A stretch of 64,000 nt of DNA from Squalus acanthias (GCA_030390025.1 CM059438.1:70310001-70374000), one strand, 5' to 3'. Shown: positions 25,727 through 38,435, numbered from the stretch's first letter. The notes: generated by a model not told the origin, from the sequence alone. Numbers and translations are program-made.

Positions 25727-26033
25727 AGCCACAACTAGGCACCTATGTCACCTAAAAGCAATAAGAGCAAAGAGATTTGTAAACAGGAGTTGATGCAGTG
25801 ATCATTTCCATCAGAGAGTGAACACTGACTAATCTTTGCCCTCAAAGGAAATTCAGAAATACGACAAGTTATGATGAACACCACAGATTGAAACAAAGTC
25901 TAAAGTTCAGTTTCTATACCATTACACAAGCCAGTTTTGTAATGTGACCTTTAGTGTCTTTCCAGAATGATCAGTAAAGAGAAAAAGAAAGGGTAGTTGG
26001 TCAGCTGATGTACATGTACAGTTGCAGTTTTGA

Positions 26034-26103
26034 ACTTAGGCAGGCTCCCATTATCATCACTTGTCAGGACTTAGGCAGGCTCCCATTATCATCACTTGTC
26101 AGG
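26034..26103. repeat. Perfect 35-bp tandem duplication in TRIM32 intron 1
   Basis: acttaggcaggctcccattatcatcacttgtcagg x2. Confidence 0.95.
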
Positions 26104-26626
26104 TAAGCACTATCGGGAGAAATATTCCTTCCTTTGAAAAAGGGTAGTCAGTACTTTCATGAAGCAACACTTAATTCTGTTTTAAAACTTTGATAGCAAC
26201 AACCCGCCCAAAAATACTGATTTAAGTAAGATACAATTTCCTTACAAGAGGAGAAAAGTGACATTTTCCATAAGGAAGCACTGTTCAGGAAATTTCCATT
26301 TCCAAACGCAGGGCTGCTAATTATACTTTATGTATACCAATCAACAATTCACTGAGCCCATGTCACATCATTATACACAACATTTATTTGAAACACAGGA
26401 TTTTTGGGATCCAAATGCATTTTTTTTTAATGTTTATATGATAGAATTGTTCAATTTGATTTGAAGGCAGACAGGGGAGCAGCCCACGGATAGTGAGAGT
26501 TATATGATCCCCTCCACATTTTTTTTTGGCTTGGATTGAACGCTCCCATTAGGCTGCATGGCCGCACAGCGGTCTGGAGGTCCCGCACAGGCCGCTCACC
26601 AGCTTTTCAATGAGAATAACTGCGCA

Positions 26627-26822
26627 TGCGGGATTCCAGAGCGACTTGATTGACAAGACGGAAAAAGGGACCAATCAACCAATTGAGCTCCCTCCTACCC
26701 CCCCCCCCCTCCTAAAAAGGGTAGGGGACCAATCACCACACGGCCAGAGCGCCTGAGTCGCGGTGACATCACAATCGAGGGAGGAAGGAGCGCGCGCCGG
26801 GCGTTCCTCGCAGGTGACTGGC
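26627..26822 (+). promoter_or_regulatory. Inverted diverged copy of the TRIM32 promoter module plus exon-1 donor
   Basis: Reverse complement of about 27708-27918: gggattcc..acttgattgacaagac..gggaccaatcaacc..ggggaccaatcacc..cgcggtgacatcacaatcgagggagg..gcgttcctcgcaggtgactggc. Confidence 0.88.
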
Positions 26823-27559
26823 AAAGATTTGAATGGGCTGCGCTGCCAGTTAAAGGGCCCGCGCACACAAAAAAAATTACAGGGGACATCGCTTGGGCTA
26901 TGTTCACCCCCTCCCCACGTCCCAGAATTGCCTTTGATGTTCCCTCCAACTGATACTGGCTTGTTAGTAATGTGTTGGGCAATCTCTTGAGCTCCAGAAA
27001 AAGCAATCACAATTGATTCAGAGAAAGTCTCTGAGAATAGTACCTGCAAGATCCTCAAAAGTCTTCACATCAATCAGTACCTTACCAAGTGCCAATGTCC
27101 CTTTAAAAGTGTAAAATATTTCTTCCTATCCTTCACATACACATTTCCAAACACTGGCTGTTACTAAAATTAGCACAGCACGTACCCATTTCATATCTTT
27201 AGCTCACTGGGCAGTCATTTTAATTGTGTGTGGCTCGAATACCATGTGCAGTGTTGCAGGTCAGCAAAGGGGACACTAGGACCGCGGCGGAGCATTTTAT
27301 TTAAAGCCGTTGCACGTTCAGTGATTCTGCAAGTAAATCCTAAACAAGGACGCGTCGGGGCCTCCACACACAACCAAATACCCCAACAAACCCCCACCAC
27401 AACCACCCCATCTCAAATTTCAGAGCACCGGCGCTTAAGACATGAATGCAGCACGAGGCACAATTAGCAGCTCACTGCTGGGCAATTAAAGTATCGGGAG
27501 TTTATTTTTTTTTAAAAAGAGAATTGTTATTGCAAACTCGGCATTGCGACTGTAGCCTT

Positions 27560-28180
27560 CAGGCTGCATTTGATACTGCCGTGGTCGATTACATTGCATT
27601 GGAGATTGTACCGCCCCCGGAAAGTTAGGCCGCTAGCTTGCACCAGGGGCTGTTCGGGGCAATTGCGGGGACTTGCTGGCCGGCTGTGGGTGCAATGCGG
27701 GTGTTCCGCCACTCACCTGCGAGGAACGCGTTTCTTGCCCCCGGATCCTCACTCTTTCCTCCCTCGATTGTGACGTCACCGCGAATCAAGCGCACCGCCC
27801 TCTGGCCGCGCGGTGATTGGTCCCCTACTCTGTTGAGGGGGGCAATGAGCTTTCCGATCGGTTGATTGGTCCCTTTCTTTTTTCGGTCTTGTCAATCAAG
27901 TGGCCTTGGAATCCCGCCTGCCTTCCTCGATTGTGACGTCACCGCGACGACTCTAGCGCGCCGCGCGGTGATTGGTCCCCTACTCTGTTGAGGGAGGGTG
28001 GGGGGGAGGATATGAGTTTCCCGATTGGTTGATTGGTCCCTTTTTTTTCGTCTTGTCAATCAAGTGGCTTTGGAATCCGCCCCCGACAAGGGCACACGCG
28101 CGCTCAGGTGAAGCGCTTGCAGAGGTTGTGGGGAGGAGATTGTCACCTTCAGCATTTAAAGCCCGGGGGGCAGCAATTTA
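27560..28180. promoter_or_regulatory. CpG-rich TRIM32 promoter, possibly bidirectional, with two tandem modules of about 160 bp
   Basis: Perfect CRE TGACGTCA at 27771-27778 and 27934-27941, several ATTGG (CCAAT) boxes per module, and high CpG density against an AT-rich background. Confidence 0.8.
27717..27760 (-). other. TRIM32: Putative non-coding exon 1 of TRIM32 (5' end approximate)
   Basis: Consensus CAG|GTGAGT donor on the - strand (27716-27711), directly downstream of a CpG-rich CRE/CCAAT promoter. It pairs with the acceptor at 25751, giving an intron of about 1.96 kb. Confidence 0.7.
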
Positions 28181-28344
28181 ACTGCAGCATTTCGAACAAA
28201 GATAACCTGATTGTTAAAGAATTATTAGTACACGCGCCTGTCATTTAGTTTTTGTCTTCGGTTTTTAGTTTAGGGTTTTTTCATTATATTTTGTATGCAA
28301 TAACAATTCTTTTCAGTGTCATTTATTTATATATATTTATCAAA

Positions 28345-28805
28345 AGAAAAAGACTTGCATTTATCTGACACTTTCACTACCTCAGGACATCCCAAAGCAC
28401 TTCACAGCCAATGAAGTACTTTTTGAAGTGCAGTCACTGTTCTAATGTAGAAAACGCAACCACCAATCTGCACACAGCAAGCTCCCACAGACATCAATGT
28501 GATAATCACCAGTCTGTTTTTGTGATGTTAATTGAGGGACAACTATTGGCCAGGTCACCAGGGACAACTTCCCTGCTCTTCTTCAAAATAGTGCCATGGG
28601 ATCTTTTACATCCACCTGAGAGAGCAGACAGGGCCTCGGTTTAACGCCTCATTCAAAAGACAGCACCTCGGACAGTGTAGCACTCCCTCAATACTGCACT
28701 GGAGTGTCAGCCTAGATTTTTGTGCTTAAGTCTCTCAAGTGGGACTTCAACCAACAACCTTCTGACTCGGGTGAGGGTGCTACCACCAGAGCCACGACTG
28801 ACACT
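28345..28805 (-). mobile_element. Deu-like SINE copy
   Basis: Reverse complement of the 3915-4355 family. Confidence 0.8.
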
Positions 28806-29023
28806 GAAGGTGCATTCTCACATTTAAAAATTGTTCTGCCAAGTACCTTGCCTTTATTTCAAAATGTGATAGCAATGATGCAGCTGTGACACTGTAACAT
28901 TATTCATGTAATTGATCATACGTGCAGGAAGAAATAAAATATTTAAAAAGTCAGTTCTGCAAAGCTACCGGGCAAAGTGCACCACGCTATTTCAATTATA
29001 ATTCGCTGAAGGGAATCAATTTG

Positions 29024-29250
29024 AGAGGCCGGAGTCGGGAGGAGCAGAGAGCGGCGGTTCAGTGAGTACTTAAACTCACTTTCGCGGGCTTTTTTTCAGA
29101 GGCTGGAGTCGGGAGGAGCAGAGAGTGGCGGTTCAGTGAGTACTTAAACTCACTTTCGCGGGCTTTTTTTCAGAGGCCGAAGTCGGGAGGAGCAAAGAGC
29201 TGCGGTTCAGTGAGTACTTAAACTCACTTTCGCGGGCTTTTTTCCAGAGG
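29024..29250 (+). repeat. Three 74-bp monomers at the CR1 5' end
   Basis: agagg recurs at 29024, 29098, 29172 and 29246; each unit has an agtgag/ctcact hairpin and a T run. Confidence 0.92.
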
Positions 29251-32200
29251 CTTGCCAATCTCGCAGACCGGCGGCGGCGTTCCAGAGCCACGTCATGATT
29301 CAAAAAGTGACGTGGGCAAGTGGAAGCAGCTGATTGGGTGAGTAGAGCCAGGTGAGTATTTATACTACCCTATAGTTTGACGGTTAAGGTGAATAGTTTA
29401 TAAAGTTTAGAAGGTCTTAATTTTTGTGGTTATAGTTTCTAAGGTCTCTGTTGTGTAGCAGGGAGTGCTAGTAAACAAGGGCCCTTGCGTATAACATTTA
29501 ATTGTAGTGTAATTGGTGGTATTGATTTGATTTAATTTAAATTAATTAAAGGGTAAGTCATGGCAGCACAACTCGGCCCCATGGCATGCTCCTCCTGCGC
29601 TATGTGGGAAATCAGGGACACTTCCTGTGTCCCTGACGACCATGTGTACAGGAAGTGTATCCAGCTGCAGCTACTGGCAGACCGCATTGCGGCGCTGAAG
29701 CTGCGAATGGATGCATACTGGAGCATTCGCGATGCTGAGGACGTCGTGGATATCACGTTTAATGAGTTGGTCACACCGCAGGTAAAGGCTGCACAGGCAG
29801 GAAGAGAATGGGTGACCGTCAGGCAGAGTAGTAGGCACAGGCAGGTAGTGCAAGGGTCCCCTGCGGCCATCCCCCTCTCAAACAGATACCACTTTGGATA
29901 TTGTTGAGGGGGATGGCTTATCGGAGGAAGGCAGCAGCAACCAACTTCCTGGCACCATGGGTGGTTCTGCTGCACAGGAGGGGAGGAAAAAGAGCGGGAG
30001 AGCTATAGTGATAGGGGATTCTATTGTAAGGGGAATAGATAAGCATTCCTGTGGCCGCAAACAAGACTCCAGGATGGTATGTTGCCTCCCTGGTGCAAGG
30101 GTCAAGGATGTCTCGGAGCGGCTGCAGGGAATTCTGGAGGGGGAGGGTGAACAGCCAGTTGTCGTGGTGCATATAGGTACCAATGATATAGGTAAAAAAC
30201 GGGATGAGGTCCTAAAAGCTGAATATAGGGAGTTAGGAGGTAAATTAAAAAATAGGACTGCAAAGGTAGTAATCTCAGGACTGCTACCAGTGCCACGTAC
30301 TAGTCAGACTAGAACTAGAAGGATATTTCAGATGAATACATGGCTAGAAGAATGGTGCAAGGGGGAGGGATTCAAATTCCTGGGACATTGGAACCGGTTC
30401 TGGGGGAGGTGGGACCAGTACAAACTGGACGGTTTGCACCTGGGCAGGGCCGGGATCGATGTCCTGGGGGAGTGTTTGCTAGTGCTGTTGGGGAGGGTTT
30501 AAACTAAAATGGCAGGGGGTTGGGAACCTGTGCAGGGAGACAGAGGAAAGGGAAGCAAGGATAGAAGAAAAAGACAGGAAGGAGAAAAGCATAAGTGGAA
30601 GTCAGGGAATTCAAGGGTGTAAATCAAACATGGCCACAGTAAACAATAATTCTAAATGGTCTAAGAGCTGTTCAAAAAAACAAGCCTTAAGGCTCTGTGT
30701 CTTAATGCGAGGAGCATTCGTAATAAGGTGGATGAATTAGCTGCGCAAATAGATGTAAACGGATATGATATAATTGGGATTATGGAGACATGGCTCCAGG
30801 GTGACCAAGGTTGGGAATTCAACATCCAGGGGTATTCAATATTCAGGAAGGACAGGCAAAAAGGAAAAGGAGGTGGGGTAGCATTGCTGGTTAAAGAGGA
30901 GATTAACACAATAGTAAGGAAGGATATTAGCTCTGATGATGTGAAATCTGTATGGGTAGAGCTGAGAAATACCAAGGGACAGAAAACGTTAGTGGGAGTT
31001 GTATACAGTCCCCCAAACAGTAATGCTGAGGTTGGGGATGGCATTAAATGGGAAATTAGAGACGTGTGCAATAAGGACACAGCAGTTATCATGGGTGACT
31101 TTAATCTACATATAGATTGGGCTAACCAAATTAGTAACAATACTGTGGAGGAGGAATTTCTAGAGTGTATACGGGATGGTTTCCTGGACCAATATATCGA
31201 GGAACCAACTAGAGATCAGGCCATCTTAGACTGGGTATTATGTAATGAGAAAGGATTAATTAGGAATCTTGTTGTGCGAGGCCCCTTGGGGAGGAGCGAT
31301 CATAATATGATAGAATTCTTCATTAAGATGGAGAGTGAAGTAGTTGACTCAGAGACTAGGGTCCTGAATTTAAATAAAGGAAACTACGATGGTATGAGGT
31401 GCGAGTTGGCTAGGATGGATTGGGGAACGTTACTTAAAGGGTTGACGGTGGATAGGCAATGGCAAACATTTAAAGATCGCATGGATGAACTACAGAATTT
31501 GTTGATCCCTGTTTGGCATAAAAATAAAACAAAAAAGGTGACTCAACCGTGGCTAACAAGGGAAATTAGGGACAGCATAAGATCCAAGGAGAGGACATAT
31601 AAATTGGCCAGAAAAAGCAGCAAACCTGAGGATTGGGAGCAGTTTAGGATTGAACAAAGGAGGACAAAGGGATTAATTAAGAGGGGGAAAATAGAGTATG
31701 AGAGTAAGCTTGCAGGGAACAAAAAATGACTGTAAAAGCTTCTATAGATATGTGAAGAGAAAAAGATTGGTGAAGTCAAGCGTAGGTCCCTTGCAGTCAG
31801 AATCAGGGGAATTTATAATGGTGAACAAAGAAATGGCTGACCAATTAAATACATACTTTGGTTCTGTCTTCACAACGGAGGACACAAATAACCTCCCAGA
31901 GATGTCAGGGAACATAGGGTCTAATGAGAGGGAGGAACTGAATGAAATCAGTATTTGTAGGGAAATGGTGTTAGGGAAATTGACGGGATTGAAGGCCGAT
32001 AAATCCCCAGGGCCTGATAATCTACATCCTAGGGTACTTAAGGAAGTGGCCCTAGAAATAGTAGATGCATTGCTGGTCATCTTCCAAAATTCTATAGACT
32101 CTGGAACAGTTCACATGGATTAGAGGGTGGCTAATGTAACCCCACTATTTAAAAAAGGTGGTAGAGAGAAAACGGGGAATTATAGACCGGTAAGCCTGAC

Positions 32201-33569
32201 ATCGGTAGTGGGGAAAATGCTAGAGTCCATTATAAAAGATGTAATAGCAGAGCACTTGGAAAACAGTGACAGCATCGGACAAAGTCAACATGGATTTACA
32301 AAAGGTAAATCATGCTTGACTAATCTACTGGAATTTTTTGAGAATGTAACTGGTGGAATAGATATGGGAGAACCAGTGGATGTGGTGTATTTGGACTTTC
32401 AGAAGGCTTTCGATAAGGTCCCGCATAAGAGATTAGCGTGCAAAGTTAAAGCACATGGGATTAGGGGTAAGGTACTGTCTTGGATAGAGAACTGGTTGGC
32501 AGACAGGAAGCAAAGAGTTGGAATAAATGGGTCTTTTTCCGAGTGGCAGGCAGTGACTAGTGGGGTACCACAGGGATCGGTGCTAGGACCCCAGTTATTC
32601 ACAATATATATTAATGATCTAGACGAGGGAACTAGATGTAATATCTCCAAGTTTGCAGACGACACAAAGCTGGGTGTTCGTGTGTGCTGTGAGGAGGATG
32701 CAGAGAAACTCCAGTATGATTTGGACAGGTTGGGTGATTGGGCAGATGCAGTATAATGTGGATAAATGCGAGGTTATCCACTTTGGTGGCAAAAACAGGA
32801 AGGCAGATTATTATCTGAACGGCAATAGATTGGGAAAAGGGGAAGTGCAACGAGACCTGGGTGTCCTTGTGCACCAGTCGCTGAAGGTAAGCATGCAGGT
32901 GCAGCAGGCGGTTAAGAAGGCAAATGGTATGTTGGCCTTCATAGCGAGAGGATTTGAGTACAGGAGCAAGGAGGTCTTGCTGCAGTTGTACAGGGCTTTG
33001 GTGAGACCACACCTTGAGTATTGTGTGCAGTTTTGGTCGCCTTATCTGTGGAAGGATGTTCTTGCCATGGAGGGAGTGCAGCGAAGATTCACCAGACTGA
33101 TACCTGGGATGGCAGGAATGACGTATGAAGAGAGATTGGGTCGATTGGGCTTGTATTCGCTGGAGTTTAGAAGAATGAGAGGGGATCTCATTGAAACATA
33201 AAATTCTAACAGGACTAGACAGACTAGCTGCAGGAAGCATGTTCCCGATGGCAGGGGAGTCCAGAACCAGGGGCCACAGTCTAAGGATAAGGGTTAAGCC
33301 ATTTAGGACTGAGATGAGGAGGAATTTCTTCACCCAGGGAGTGGTGAACCTGTGGAATTCTCTACCACAGAACGCAGTTGAGGCCAACTCATTAAATATA
33401 TTCAAGAAGGAGTTAGATATATTCTTAAGGCTAAGGGGATCAAGGGATATGGGGAGAAAGCAGGGACAGGGTACTGAATTTGGATGGTCAGCCATGATCA
33501 CATTGAATGGCGGAGCAGCCTCAAGGGGCCGAATGGCCTACTCCTGCTCGTATCTTCTATGTTTCTATG
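29024..33569 (+). mobile_element. Near full-length CR1 LINE: ORF1 (Zn finger, leucine zipper, SGNH esterase) and ORF2 (APE-RT), disrupted
   Basis: ORF1 29560-30502 with CSSCAMW and VIGDSIVR..VVHIGTND..DGLHL; ORF2 about 30509-33500 with [21 protein letters not shown]. Frameshifts near 29900, 31720, 32745 and 33198, in-frame TAG at 32121-32123, (ttctatg) tail. Confidence 0.95.
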
Positions 33570-33789
33570 AGTTGGGTCATTTGGATTTCATTAAATCAAT
33601 GATTCATTTCAACAGAATGATCCCCTCGCCCATATACCGATTCCCCTGCGCTCTGCTCTTGTCTTTTACCTGTTTTAATTGAAGACTGATCTTTATGATT
33701 GCAGCAGTTCCATATCTTTATGCCATGTAATTAAACAATTGAGTGAAGTGAAGCAATCTGTCTATATTTAGCAACAATTAGACATTTAC

Positions 33790-36700
33790 CACAAAGGTAG
33801 TAATCTCTAGATTACTTCCAGTGCCACGTGCGAGTGAGTATAGGAATAGTAGGATAAGACAGGTTAACGCGTCGCTGGAGAAATGGTGCAGAGGGAGGAC
33901 TTCAGATTCTTGGGGCATTGGGACTAGTTCTGGGGCAGGAGGGACCTGTTCAAGGTGGATGGGTTGTATCTCAACAGAGCTGGGACCAATGTGCCCGCAG
34001 GAAGTTTAAATAGTGCTGCAGGGGAGGGTTTATGCTAATTTGGCAGGGGGATGGGCACCAGGTTCAAACATTAAAGAGGAGAAACAAAATGCACAGAGGC
34101 CTGGGAGAGACAAACAGCATTAGAATAAAGAGTAGTTCAGAAATAGGAAGAATCAGACGGGAGGGCAAATGCAAGGCAATCTAAGGTGGTTTTGGAGTGC
34201 ATGTGCGTAAATGCACATATCATGATAAATAAGGTTGGTGAACTGCAGGCACAAGTCGCACATGAAACTATGATATGGTGGCATAACAGAGACCTGGCTC
34301 AAAGAAGGGGGTTTGGGAACTTAGTATTCCTGGCTACAAGTTATTCAGGAAAGATAGGAAAGGAAAAAAAGGAGGGGGTGGCAGCATTAATCAAATAAAC
34401 TATTATAGCACAGGAGAGGGATGATGTATGTGAGAGGTCAAAGACAGAATCTATTTGGTTAGAGCTAAAGAACAATAGAGGAGCTATTACACTACTGGAT
34501 GTTTACTATAGGCCACCAAATAGTGGGAAAGAGATAGAGGAGCAAATTTGCAGGCAAATTACAGAAAGATGCAGAGTAGTGATAATGGGGGACTTCAATT
34601 ATCCTAATACAGACTGGGATAGTAACAGTGTAAAGGGCAAAGAGGGAGAGGAATTCCTGAAATGTGTACAAGAGAACTTTCTTGTTCAGTGTGTTTCCAA
34701 CCCAATGATGAAGGAAACAGTGCTGGATCTAGTTCTGGGGGAATGAAGTGGGGCAAGTGCAGCATGTTTCAGTAGGAGAGCATTAAAATACTTAACTGGG
34801 GGAGGGCTAATTTCAGTGAGTTAAAAAGGAATTTGGCCCAGGTGGATTGGAATCAAAAATTGGTGGGCAAAACAGTAATTGAACAAAGGAAGGCCTTCAA
34901 AGAGGAGATGGTTTGGGTACAGTGTAGACACATTCCCATGAAGGAAAAGGGAAGGGCATCCAAAGCTAGAACTCCCTGAATGATTCAAGATATAGAGGTT
35001 CAAATGAGACAGAAAAAGGAGGCTTATGACAAATGTAAGGTTGATAATACAGTAAAGAACCAAGTGGAATATAAAAAGTACAGAGGAGATCTAAAAAAGG
35101 GAATAAGAGGGGCAAAGAGAGAGTCTGAGAATAGATTGGTGGCTAACATAAAAGTGAACCCAAAAGTCTTTTATAAACAAATAAATAGTAACAGGGTAGT
35201 CAAAGGTAGGGTGGGACCAAAAAGGAGATCTTGTGGAGGCAGAGGGCATGGCTGAGGTACAAAATGAATAGTTTGCATCTGTCTTCACTAGAGAAGAGGA
35301 TGCTGCCAATGTAGCAGTAAAGGAGGAGGCAGTAGTAATATTGGATAGGATAAAAATAGATAAAGAGGAGTTACTTAAAAGGTTGGCAGTCCTCAAAGTA
35401 GGAGTTAGATATATTTCTTAAGGCTAAAGGGATCAAGGGATATGGGGAAAAGGCAGGAACAGGGTACTGAATTTGGATGATCAGCCATGATCTCATTGAA
35501 TGGTGGAGCAGGCTCGAGGGGCCGAATGGCCTACTCCTGCTTCTATCTTCTATGTTTCTATGAAAGGTCACCCGGTCTGGATGGGATGCATCCTAGGTTA
35601 CTGAGGGAAGTAGGGTAGAAATTGCGGAGGCTCTGGCTACAATCTTCCAATCCTCCTTGGATATGGGAGTAGTGGCAACTACAGGCCAGTCAGCTTAACA
35701 TCACTGGTGGGGAAGCTTTTAGAGACAATAGTCTGGGACTAAATTAATTAGCATTTGGAGAAATTTGGGCAAATAAATTAAAGTCAGCACAGGTTTGTTA
35801 AAGGCAAATTGTGTTTGATTAACTTGATCAAGTTCTTTGATGAAGGGTTGATGTGTATATGGACTTTCAAAAGGCATTTAACAAAGTACCACATAATAGG
35901 CTTGTTAGCAAAATTAAAGTCCATGGGATTAAAGGGACAGTGGCAGCATGGAAACAAAATTAGCTAAGGAACAGAAAGCAGAGAGTAATGGTGAACAGTT
36001 GTTTTTCAGACTGGAGTGGGGTATACAGTGGTGTTCCCCAGTGGTCGTTCTTATGACCACCTCTCTTTTTGATATATATTAATGAACTGGACTTGGTTAT
36101 GCACGGTATAATTTCAAAATTTGCAGATGACACGAAACTCAGAAATGTAGTAAACAATGAGGAGGATAGTAACAGACTTCAGGAGGACAGACAGACTGGT
36201 GAAATGGGCAGACACATAGCAGATGAAATTTAACGCAGAGAAGTGTGAGGTGATACATTTTGGTAGGAAGTAAGAGGAGAGGCAATATGAACTAAATAGC
36301 ACAATGCTAAAATGGGTGAAGGAACCGAGAGAGCTGTACACAATGTATGTACACAAATCTTTGAAGGTGCAGTACAAGTTGAGAAGGCTGTTAAAGCATA
36401 TTGGATCCTTGGCTTTATTAATAGAGGCTTAGAGTACAAAAGCAAGGAATTTATGCTAAACTTTTATAAGTCACTGGTTAGGCCTCAGCTGGAGTATTGT
36501 GTTCAATTCTGTGCACCACACTTTAGGAAGTATGTCAAGGCCTTAGAGAAGGTGCAGAAGAGATTTACTAGAATGGTACCAGGGATGAGAGACTTCAGTT
36601 ATGTGGAGACCCTGGAGAAGCTGGGGTTGTTCTTCATAGAGCAGAGAAGGTTAAGAGGAGATTTGATAGAGGTATTCAAAATCATGAACAGTTTTGATAG

Positions 36701-37040
36701 AGTAAATAAAGGAGAAATTGTTTCCAGTGGCAGATGGGTCAGTAACCAGAGGACACAGATCAATGGTGATTAGCAAAATAATCAGAGGCCACATGAGGAT
36801 TTTTTTTTTTACACAGTGACTTGTGACCTGGAATGCACCGCTTGACAGGGTGGTAGAAGCAGATTCAACAGTAACATTCAAAGGAGAATTGGATAAATAA
36901 TTGAAGGGAAAAAAATAAACAGGGCTATGTGGAAAGAGCAGGGGAGTGGGACTAATTGGATAGCTGTACTATAGAGCCGGCACAGGCACGATGGGCCAAA
37001 TGGCCTCCTCTGTGCTGTATCATTCTATGATTCTGTGATT
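33790..37040 (+). mobile_element. Older degraded CR1 (ORF1 end through 3'UTR) with a younger CR1 3' tail inserted at about 35400-35562
   Basis: Esterase C-terminus, APE and RT remnants with many stops. The inserted piece is nearly identical to 33408-33569. Confidence 0.88.
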
Positions 37041-37554
37041 TGGGCCTTAAAGGGGCACAGCTCCACTTTAGCAGGATCATATATTGTGTTTTACATGGCA
37101 TAACACTTATGGCCTTATAAAACAGTATATTATTGACTTAACAATACCATGAGATATTCACTATATCTATCTACAATATAAAAATGGTATGACTGCATGA
37201 TTTTCCTTTTTGTCTATTACACTTTGTGTGAGAAACTTTAGGCATCATATCTTCTCAGATGCAAAGTTCTTCCAGCTGATGTCCTGTATATCATATTCAT
37301 GAAAGCAGCAAATCAGAGCAGTCGGAAAAATTAATAATAAAAACATAGAAGTTAAACCAAATTGTACAAATAATTTTTTCAATTTTCTTTTGATCGCAGC
37401 TATATAATTATGAGCAGTGAGGATAATCTACCAATAGAAGAGAATGGAACGGAACAGTCAAGGGGCTAGAAATTGGGTATCGCCCCGATTGAGATGCTAA
37501 CTTTTGAAAAGTAGGAAAAGTAGCGCCAGGCGCTAATGATTCTCTCCTGATGGG

Positions 37555-38435
37555 TGTAAGCGGTTTTTGATCCTAGCCCAATTGCTAGACGGACGGTTCG
37601 AATCGCCCCCACCTTACGAAAGTTCTATACCCGGGAATTATTATTCAGAGTGTAAATGAAATAAGTCACGGACAGGAATACTTCGGTGAAAAATCAATCG
37701 TATATTTATTTGGTCTAACATACACTGGCTAAAACATGCACTACTAAACTAAGTCACTGTCTCTGTGGAGAATAAAATCCAGGTTACAAACAACATACAT
37801 ACAGTACAAAACTGAGAACTATGACGAGCAGTAATTCCCTTGTTGCTATGGTGGACTCTAATTCCACCCCTACCAACGAATTTCCCAGTCGCATAAACCC
37901 CTTTCGCCTGGCTGAACCAAACGAAGCTCCCACCCTCGGAATAGCCCAAAAGCTTCACTTGTGAGAAAAACTCTGAGCCCTCTGGTTACCGGCTTGGGAC
38001 ACTCGAGACCATGCTTACCACCACACACAGTTGGTCTCGATCGCCCCGCTTAGCTGCTTCTTCCTCTGGTACTTCTTCTTGTTAGGTCGATCTTGGTGGG
38101 GCGAGAGAGAGAGAGAATGGTGGGAAAGGATCTATCTTTATCGGAGTCTTGCTACCCCTATCTTTCCCGCCAATCTTTAAAATCCTTCTGTTTCTAAGCA
38201 CTCCGGTGCTTAATCAGTGATGGGTCATCCTCAGACCCATGTGTACTCCGTGATTGGACTAATGGCCCTAAGTCTGGGACATATTTCGGTCTTTGTGTTG
38301 GGAAAAAACAGTTTTTCACATATCTGCACAGGGTGATCCCATCACAGGGAAAATACCCTCAGAAAAATCCCATAAAATCCACAAAATATTCTCGACTGAG
38401 TCTATTCTTCAAACAGAGACTTTGCGATCTCTTCA
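37555..38435 (-). mobile_element. Solo LTR, 881 bp
   Basis: TG...CA termini, 4-bp TSD tggg (37551-37554, 38436-38439), and AATAAA on the - strand near 37706. Confidence 0.8.

Noticed and set aside
25727..25732. 647-aa TRIM32 start given by the ORF track
   Set aside because: The start codon there is GTG; the first ATG after the splice acceptor is at 25726.
23640..25793. Several ORFs overlapping TRIM32 in other frames or on the other strand
   Set aside because: Shadow ORFs of a GC-balanced coding exon with no recognisable domains.
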